Source of the DNA: Bacteroidota bacterium
GTDB taxonomy: Bacteria > Bacteroidota > Bacteroidia > Bacteroidales > UBA12481
NCBI GenBank assembly: GCA_043797975.1
Contig: JAZDPC010000073.1
Coordinates: forward strand, 6,001-70,000
Length of the DNA stretch: 64,000 bases
Reading direction: 5' to 3'
The position numbers and the translations under genes were made by a program. The first letter of the stretch is position 1, and the number at the start of each line of letters is the position of its first letter. Positions 31,952 through 38,826 of the stretch are shown here, piece after piece. The notes below the pieces were generated by a model. The model was not told where the DNA came from and ran no database searches. It saw only the letters and a program-made list of their open reading frames with translations.

Positions 31952-33151
31952 ATGCGCAAATGCTTTTTAACAATATTATGGTTAACAGCCTTTACCCCTG
32001 GCTTGTTAACGGCTCAGGGCATCCAGCTCAGCCCGAATGCCTCGGTCAGTTTGCTAACCTGCGGTTCCGGTGCCGAAATGTATAGTTTTTTTGGCCATAC
32101 CGCTCTAAGGGTTTTTGATCCTGTCAACCGTGTGAACCGGGTCTATAATTATGGCACCTTTGATTTTGCGGTGCCCAATTTCTACTGGCAATTCATCAAG
32201 GGCAAGTTGTATTACATGTTGTCGGTCAGTCGCTTCGAAGGATTTATCAAAGAATATATCAGCGAAAACAGGTATATCAAGGAACTGCCCCTGACCATTT
32301 CGCAAGAGGACAAACAGGAGTTGTATGAATTATTGGAGATCAATTACCTGCCTGAGAATCGGCACTACTGGTATGATTTTACAAGGGATAACTGCACTAC
32401 CCGTGTGCGCGACATTGTGGTGAAAGCGACTGGTGGGGCCTATCTTTGGCCACCGGACGCAGGTGCCGGGCTTACCTTCAGGCAGCTCCTTCTTCCATAC
32501 CTGAAAGCCCATCCGTGGGAACGGACAGGCATACTGTTGCTTTTAACCGCAGGTGCCGATAAACAGGCCTCCCTGGAAGAATATATGTTCCTGCCTGAGA
32601 GATTGCATATCTGTTTTGCCGGAGCAGAAACTGCGGCAGGTGACCGGTTAACGGGACCTGAGCGTCAGATATTTACACCAACTCCCCTGGATAAAGGTCC
32701 ATTCAGGTTGTTTCACCCGTATGTAATTTTTACCATTATCGCGGCTGTGTCGCTTTATCTGGGCCTCCGGAAAAAAGTTTCTCAGCAATTGCAGCGTATT
32801 TGGTTCAGCATCATCTTCCTGATTTCCGGACTGCTGGGCATTTTATTCACATTCATGTGGTTCGGCTCCGAACATTGGATTTGTCATGCGAACCTTAATA
32901 TCGCCTGGGCCTTCCCGCTCCATATCCTGTTGGCTGTGATCCTGTGGTTCCGGAAGACAACTTCGGTTACACGACTGTATTCACGGATAATGCTCGTTGT
33001 CACAGCGTTATTCCTGGTAACTTTTATTTTCTGGAAGCAGTCCATCCCACCGGAAGGATTACTGATGGCTCTCGCAACCCTCGCCGGCCTTTTCCGGTTT
33101 TCCGGTTTTAAGCAGTCGCCGCAACCAAAACCAGAGTATCAGGCTAATTAA
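31952..33151 (+). CDS. DUF4105 / Lnb-type lipoprotein N-acyltransferase
   Basis: SLLTCGSG, FGHTALRV, YNYGTFDF and DNCTTR in a periplasmic domain, followed by several C-terminal TM helices. Confidence 0.8.
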   Translation: MRKCFLTILWLTAFTPGLLTAQGIQLSPNASVSLLTCGSGAEMYSFFGHTALRVFDPVNRVNRVYNYGTFDFAVPNFYWQFIKGKLYYMLSVSRFEGFIKEYISENRYIKELPLTISQEDKQELYELLEINYLPENRHYWYDFTRDNCTTRVRDIVVKATGGAYLWPPDAGAGLTFRQLLLPYLKAHPWERTGILLLLTAGADKQASLEEYMFLPERLHICFAGAETAAGDRLTGPERQIFTPTPLDKGPFRLFHPYVIFTIIAAVSLYLGLRKKVSQQLQRIWFSIIFLISGLLGILFTFMWFGSEHWICHANLNIAWAFPLHILLAVILWFRKTTSVTRLYSRIMLVVTALFLVTFIFWKQSIPPEGLLMALATLAGLFRFSGFKQSPQPKPEYQAN

Positions 33152-33722
33152 TAACGGTTCCATATACTTCTATTTCGCGGTTGACGACGATATCCGATAT
33201 TTCACGGAGGATGTCTGAAATCTCTTCGGTGATGAGGTATAAAGCTTCTGAATTATCGCGGTTCCGGATAATATCCTGGAAAGCGCGGTTGCTGACCGAG
33301 CGGAAATTAAGCCTGACTTCCGGAGTTTTCCAGGCCAGCCAGCCTGGAGAATCCAGGTTCCAGCCGTTTTGTGATTCCGCAAATCTTCCAAGCATGGCCC
33401 GATAGGCTTCATAAGCCTGAACATCCGTGTTTCCTGTCTGTGCCAGTTCGGTCTGTATCCCGATGATCAGTTCTTTCTGGTTTTCAATCAGCACGCTGAC
33501 CTGCAATCCGCCCACTTCTCCCATAGGGATCCGGATTCCGTAGAATCCCGGCTGATAAGGATTCTCATGGAAATTAAGCATCAGGTCATTGATTCTTTTT
33601 GCAGTACATGGATTGCCAAGGTATTCCCATCCGGTTTTTCTGCCCGCTTCACCGGCAACTTTCTGAATGGACATCCATACTCTTTTTTCAGCAATTTTCC
33701 GATCTTCTTTCATGGTTATCAT
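33144..33722 (-). CDS. Hypothetical cytoplasmic protein divergent from the WYL regulator
   Basis: 192-aa ORF filling the gap, no signal peptide; FYGI, GWLAWK and LNF motifs. Confidence 0.7.
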   Translation of the reverse strand: MITMKEDRKIAEKRVWMSIQKVAGEAGRKTGWEYLGNPCTAKRINDLMLNFHENPYQPGFYGIRIPMGEVGGLQVSVLIENQKELIIGIQTELAQTGNTDVQAYEAYRAMLGRFAESQNGWNLDSPGWLAWKTPEVRLNFRSVSNRAFQDIIRNRDNSEALYLITEEISDILREISDIVVNREIEVYGTVIN

Positions 33723-33750
33723 TTTTTCCGGTTCAAAGGAACCTGTCGGG

Positions 33751-33769
33751 AACGTAACCTATTTACGTT
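33751..33769. promoter_or_regulatory. Perfect inverted repeat AACGTAA-N5-TTACGTT, candidate operator
   Basis: Read directly in the short intergenic region between the divergent hypothetical gene and the WYL gene. Confidence 0.5.
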
Positions 33770-33816
33770 ATTGGATTTTTTATATTTAGATGCAGAAATC
33801 AATCAGAAATGGAGAA

Positions 33817-34836
33817 ATGTCACTAAATAAATATGCTGCAATACGTTACCGGATCATTGATCAGTGTATCCGGAGCCGCTCAAAAGCCTTTCCCTCCAAG
33901 GAATACCTGAGGCAGGCGTGTGAAGAGGCCCTCTATGGTTCATCCACCGGGCAGAACATCTCGCTCTCGACAATAGATAAGGATATTTGGGCCATGAAGA
34001 ACGAATCAGCCCTTGGATATGCCCCTGTTGTTTTCGACCGTCAAAAGGGTGGTTATTATTATTCCGATCCGGAATTCAGCATCAATCTTCCACTCACCAG
34101 TGAAGATGTTGAGCTAATCCGGCTGGCCCTGCAAACCCTTACCCATTTCAAGAACAGCCAGATCTTCCGGGATCTCGAAAATGCGGTTGACAAGATCCAG
34201 GGCAGGATCTCACTGGCCGACCGGTTTACAGGGACAAACCTGGACCGGATCATCCAGTTTGAATCCTCGACTCTCAGCTCGGGTCAGGAGCACCTGCCGG
34301 TCCTTCTCGATTCAATAAAGGATAAAAGGGAAATTGAATTTGACTATACCCCCTATATCGACGGAAGGCCCAGACACTATATATATCAGCCTTACCTGTT
34401 GAAGGAAAACAAGAATTTATGGTACCTGGTTGGCAGGGACGTCGATCAGGATAAAATCCGAACCTTGGGATTGGACAGGATATCCTGCATCAAGGTAACT
34501 GACAACACATTCTATCCTGATAAAAACTTCGATCCGGAGCAATTCTTCCTGTACAGTTTTGGAATCGGCACCTATTCAGGAGTACCCGAGGCTATTATCC
34601 TAAAGGCAGATCCCGTCCAGGCGCGCTATATTCTGGCCAGTCCCCTGCATCCGACACAGCAGGCGAAAGTAAATGAGGACGGATTCACCGACTTTCATTT
34701 GACCGTAATCCCTTCGGATGAACTCAGAATGCAGATCTTAAGCTATGGCCCAAGGGTTGAGGTACTGAGCCCCGGATGGCTGCGTGAGGAAATCCGGGAA
34801 AACCTGACCAAGGCTCTGGAAAACTATTCGGAATGA
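33817..34836 (+). CDS. wHTH-WYL(-WCX) transcriptional regulator
   Basis: MSLNKYAAIRYRIID N-terminus typical of Bacteroidota WYL proteins, ISLSTIDKDI HTH, PYLLKE...WYLVG, LDRI, C-terminal ILSYG..VEVLSP.WLRE. Start 33817 (ORF track gives 33790). Confidence 0.92.
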   Translation: MSLNKYAAIRYRIIDQCIRSRSKAFPSKEYLRQACEEALYGSSTGQNISLSTIDKDIWAMKNESALGYAPVVFDRQKGGYYYSDPEFSINLPLTSEDVELIRLALQTLTHFKNSQIFRDLENAVDKIQGRISLADRFTGTNLDRIIQFESSTLSSGQEHLPVLLDSIKDKREIEFDYTPYIDGRPRHYIYQPYLLKENKNLWYLVGRDVDQDKIRTLGLDRISCIKVTDNTFYPDKNFDPEQFFLYSFGIGTYSGVPEAIILKADPVQARYILASPLHPTQQAKVNEDGFTDFHLTVIPSDELRMQILSYGPRVEVLSPGWLREEIRENLTKALENYSE

Positions 34837-37137
34837 TTATCGGACAAGGAGAGTCCGGGCTTTTGAGTCCAGCAACCCTTGCGTATCTCTGACCTGTACT
34901 TTAATGATATAAGTTCCGGGAACCGGGAATGTCCTTTCAAATATTTTTTCAACTGTGAATTCCGTATCGTAAACATTATCGTTGTCCCAATCCCACCGTA
35001 CCTCCAGCAGTTCAGGGCTGTCTTCGGCATCCGTACAGGCGGATGCATCAAAAGCAAAGCGGGTTTCAATGGTTCCGGAAGCAGGGTTGATGGAAAAATC
35101 AGCAACCGGCGGCTGATTAAGATTAGTAACAACAACAGGTTTCGAAACAGTGCCGATATAGTCTTCTGTATCTGTAACTTCCAGGACGACCGTGAATGTA
35201 CCCGCGGTTGAGAATATATGAGTAATGATCTTCCCTGTACTGTATCCGGTATCATAAACACCGTCATTATTCCAATCCCATCGTACCCTCAGCTTATCAG
35301 ATGAATCCTCGGTATCCGATGATCCGGAAGCATCAAAATTGAATTCGGTTTCTATGGTCCCTGTCTCCGGATCAACAGTGAACAATGCTGTCGGTTTGAT
35401 ATTGGCCGGACCGACCTTGATCAGTCTTGTGGTTGAGCCACTTAGCCCTTCCGTGTCCATTACCTCCAGCTTTGGCATATAGTTCCCTGGCTCGGTATAA
35501 AAATGTACTTCCGCTTTTGTCTTTGAAAACGAAGTGTCCCATAAACCATCTCCGTCGAAATCCCACCTCACTTTCAGCTGATTAATGTCATCCTGGGCAT
35601 CGTAACAACCTGATGCATCAAAAACGAAATAATCGGTTATCCTTCCGGTCTCGGGGTTGACATTAAAATGAGCTATTGGGGCTGACGAAGAGAGGTTCAC
35701 CTCAACCGGCTTGGAGATCCTTGATGTGAGTCCGGCAGCGTCCTTGACCTCTAAAACCGGCTGATAAATGCCAGGTTGCGGATATAGATGCAGTACAGTC
35801 TTGGAGGTTGAAAACTCTGTATCAAAATGGCTGTCGGAGTCAAAATCCCATCGAACTTCAAGCAATCCTGATTCAGTTTCTAAATCTGAACATCCGTTTG
35901 CATCAAACTCAAAATTGGTATCGGTATAACCAACCGATGGATTAATTGTAAATACAGCCTTGGGTGCCTGGTTCGGGGTTGTTCCCGACTCGCTCCCGTG
36001 AACAAGAACGATCGTCTCTTCCGGCAGGGATTCCCCGGCTATGGAAAATGCTTTTCCTGCCTTCAGGCCGCAGATCTGGACCTGCATGTCCTGAGAAATG
36101 GACCAATCCGGGAAGTCAACCTCGCTTCCAACCGACGCAAATAGTCTTTTAACCAGTTGTACCCCGTATTCACCACAATATACCGGTGTAATTTCCCTGT
36201 ACAGGAATATCTCACCGTATGATCCGGTAAATTTCGAAACTGTCCTGGACAGGACCTCGAACAACTCATAATCTACCGTATGCGAAATGTCCCAATCCGA
36301 CCAATGATTATTGACAAGGACCGCGCTGCCTTTTTCCCTGGCCGAAAAGTTAAACAGTATGGTGGTATCTGACTCCATAACTACATGAAAACCGATATAG
36401 GATCTGACCTTGTAGAACACCGGGATATTCCCTGAATAAAAAGGCCCATGTACTGTTTCTTCAACCAGCAGGCTATCCCGGGCATCCAATGCTCCGCCTG
36501 ATTCGATCATGACATCGACAGCCAAAAGTGCATCATAATCAGTGGCAAGCGAGTAGCGCTTCAGCCATGGATCTGAGCCGGCACCGGAAACCTTATGGGT
36601 AATTGAATAACCGTTTGCGAATTTACCATCCAGAATATGAACGCGAAGGCTTTTACCACCCCACAGTTCGTCGAACAGATAAATCCCATCGAGTTGCATG
36701 GTATCACGATTCCAGGCCTGAGGCAAAAAACGGGTTCTGGCAGAAAAGCTATCTTGAGTGATGGAATCAACGAGAACCATATCCGTCCAAACGGTCTCCA
36801 ATCCCGATCGGGTTAAATCCACAGTCACCCGTGAGTCAGTCAGGCTAAACCCGGCTACCGTTCCAAATATTCCTTCCCCCAGGGGATAAAACAAATGGTC
36901 CCCCTTCTGCATCCCAGGCATTTCACCAATGATATCAAACCGTACCTGTCCGTTGGTTCTAACAGGATTAGTAAGATCATTGGTATCTAAAACAAGTGTG
37001 GATGGATCCATCCTGGTTTCGCCCGGAACGACATCGCCATCCCGGTCAATAATGTTTTCACGCTGGCAACCTGCCAGAATGAGCAGCAGGAGTATCCTGA
37101 ACAGCAAGGAAGAGTGATATTTCTGAAAACGGATCAT
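34837..37137 (-). CDS. PKD-repeat lipoprotein (4 C-terminal PKD domains)
   Basis: Lipobox LAGC; four repeats of P.A.F...P..G...T.F.FDA..C/S.D......L.VRWD(F/W).......H.Y..PG.Y...LEV.D..G. Confidence 0.88.
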   Translation of the reverse strand: MIRFQKYHSSLLFRILLLLILAGCQRENIIDRDGDVVPGETRMDPSTLVLDTNDLTNPVRTNGQVRFDIIGEMPGMQKGDHLFYPLGEGIFGTVAGFSLTDSRVTVDLTRSGLETVWTDMVLVDSITQDSFSARTRFLPQAWNRDTMQLDGIYLFDELWGGKSLRVHILDGKFANGYSITHKVSGAGSDPWLKRYSLATDYDALLAVDVMIESGGALDARDSLLVEETVHGPFYSGNIPVFYKVRSYIGFHVVMESDTTILFNFSAREKGSAVLVNNHWSDWDISHTVDYELFEVLSRTVSKFTGSYGEIFLYREITPVYCGEYGVQLVKRLFASVGSEVDFPDWSISQDMQVQICGLKAGKAFSIAGESLPEETIVLVHGSESGTTPNQAPKAVFTINPSVGYTDTNFEFDANGCSDLETESGLLEVRWDFDSDSHFDTEFSTSKTVLHLYPQPGIYQPVLEVKDAAGLTSRISKPVEVNLSSSAPIAHFNVNPETGRITDYFVFDASGCYDAQDDINQLKVRWDFDGDGLWDTSFSKTKAEVHFYTEPGNYMPKLEVMDTEGLSGSTTRLIKVGPANIKPTALFTVDPETGTIETEFNFDASGSSDTEDSSDKLRVRWDWNNDGVYDTGYSTGKIITHIFSTAGTFTVVLEVTDTEDYIGTVSKPVVVTNLNQPPVADFSINPASGTIETRFAFDASACTDAEDSPELLEVRWDWDNDNVYDTEFTVEKIFERTFPVPGTYIIKVQVRDTQGLLDSKARTLLVR
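34840..35973 (-). repeat. Four ~95-aa PKD repeats (protein-level, diverged)
   Basis: Repeats begin at NQAPKAVF, SAPIAHF, NIKPTALF and NQPPVADF. Confidence 0.85.
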
Positions 37138-37146
37138 CTGAAAACT

Positions 37147-37518
37147 CTATTGAATATGGATAACGACAACCAGACGTTCATTCATTACCAAAGGCTGACT
37201 GGTACTGATCTCATTCAGGGCATTATCAGCCTCTCCGGATCTGACATAGATATAATAAATGGCTTCGTCAAGGTCAGAAAAGAGAATATGTCCGGCAGCA
37301 TCAGATTTCCGCCATACCTGTACCGGATTATCAAGAGAAATCCACTCTTCATAGTTTGCGAACAAAGCTGCATAGGCTCCTGGAACCGGTTGATTATCAG
37401 CATCCAGGATATGAATCTCCATTTGTGGCAGGTTATCAGGCTTTTCACATGCATAAAAGCTGCAAACCATCAGGCAAACGGCGGTTAAAGTCTCTAATAT
37501 CCTTGCTGATCGTGCCAC
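37147..37518 (-). CDS. Small lipoprotein, probable carboxypeptidase-regulatory/transthyretin-like beta-sandwich
   Basis: Lipobox FYAC; pattern I.ILDADNQPVPGA..ALF...SDAAG.ILFSDL....YYI. Confidence 0.7.
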   Translation of the reverse strand: MARSARILETLTAVCLMVCSFYACEKPDNLPQMEIHILDADNQPVPGAYAALFANYEEWISLDNPVQVWRKSDAAGHILFSDLDEAIYYIYVRSGEADNALNEISTSQPLVMNERLVVVIHIQ

Positions 37519-38766
37519 TTATCTTTTCTCCTTGCTCAAAATAATCATAAAACCGACACTTATCGAAAGATCCCTGTACAAGGTCTTTGCATTATTGCCC
37601 CACAGTGGATTGAATCGTCCGGTATACTTCCCGTCTTCATAACTGGCCTGGACATTGTGATCCAGTGAAGTCAATCCCTGAAAATAGGCAGCCCCTGCTG
37701 TTAACTCAATCAGCCGTGAAACCTTATAAGCTAATCCGGCATTTGCTTCGAAACCAAGATTGAACCGGTTCATTTTTTCAACCCAATCAGGCTCACTGAT
37801 CACGTTGTCGAGGAGCAGTCCTGTATTTTCATTTTCTCCCGTAACCAGCTGAGTTTCAAAAATCCGGATTTCGGGGGACAATCCGGCACCGATATATGAA
37901 GACCATTTGATTCCCAAAGGCATACGGAATGTTAGGAATACCGGACAACCTGCCATCCAGATCCGGTTTGAAAAAACAATATTTTTCAGGTTCGGATCAA
38001 ATCCTCCGAATGCATCAAAACTATCCAATGTGAGGCTGCCGGAGAGAGTTCTGAAACCGGGCCTCACCGAAATGCCCCAGTGAGAATTGAAAAAATGGGA
38101 TAAAGTTAAACCGATCCTATAGCTCCAGTCTGACTTAAGATCAAAGCGTGAATCCTGATCAATGACGGAGTTAGTAAATGAGGTCCGGGAAGGAGAGAAT
38201 TCCAATCCGATCCTGCTACAGGTAACGGGAGCAGGTTCAATGCCGAAAATTACAAAATCAGAATTCTTCCGTTCTGTGTAATTGAATGCCACGAGGAATA
38301 TTCTCCTTGACCGGTAATTGTATTCTTTCCCATGTTTAAGTACAGTTTTCGTCTGATCAATCCGGGCTCTGACAATATACCGGTCATTGCGGTCGAACCT
38401 GGGTTTGCCCAGATAAGCCGATTCCGTAACCAGTTCCACCCTTACACCTCCAGGGTAATATTCCATCAGATTGGCGACATAATCCTGTATGCTGATCCGG
38501 CCAGCCACAGAGTCTCCGTTAAAATCGCTGACAACCTGGATTCTGGGATTGGAAAACAGTTGGATGAATGCTTTTTCCATGTCAGAATCAGCATTTGAGC
38601 TCAACCTGTTATGAAGAAATTCATATCTCTGAAGAAGGGTGATTACCGAAGTCCTAATCGAATCCATATCCCAGGCAGGTTCAGGCTGCGAGTTTCCACG
38701 CGGAGCCGATAATCCAAAAGCCAAAAGAAGAATGACAATATGACGACAGGTGCAGGGTATCTTCAT
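37519..38766 (-). CDS. Outer-membrane beta-barrel protein (PorT-like) with an N-terminal soluble domain
   Basis: Signal peptide, helical/alpha-beta N-terminal domain, then alternating amphipathic strands (IGLEFSP, YRIGL, YIGAG, LGFEANAG, YFQGLT, ISVGF). Confidence 0.7.
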   Translation of the reverse strand: MKIPCTCRHIVILLLAFGLSAPRGNSQPEPAWDMDSIRTSVITLLQRYEFLHNRLSSNADSDMEKAFIQLFSNPRIQVVSDFNGDSVAGRISIQDYVANLMEYYPGGVRVELVTESAYLGKPRFDRNDRYIVRARIDQTKTVLKHGKEYNYRSRRIFLVAFNYTERKNSDFVIFGIEPAPVTCSRIGLEFSPSRTSFTNSVIDQDSRFDLKSDWSYRIGLTLSHFFNSHWGISVRPGFRTLSGSLTLDSFDAFGGFDPNLKNIVFSNRIWMAGCPVFLTFRMPLGIKWSSYIGAGLSPEIRIFETQLVTGENENTGLLLDNVISEPDWVEKMNRFNLGFEANAGLAYKVSRLIELTAGAAYFQGLTSLDHNVQASYEDGKYTGRFNPLWGNNAKTLYRDLSISVGFMIILSKEKR

Positions 38767-38826
38767 GTACGGTCTGGTCTTCGAATGAAAAAAGTCCTCA
38801 GACCGTAAAAATACATCAATCCCAAA

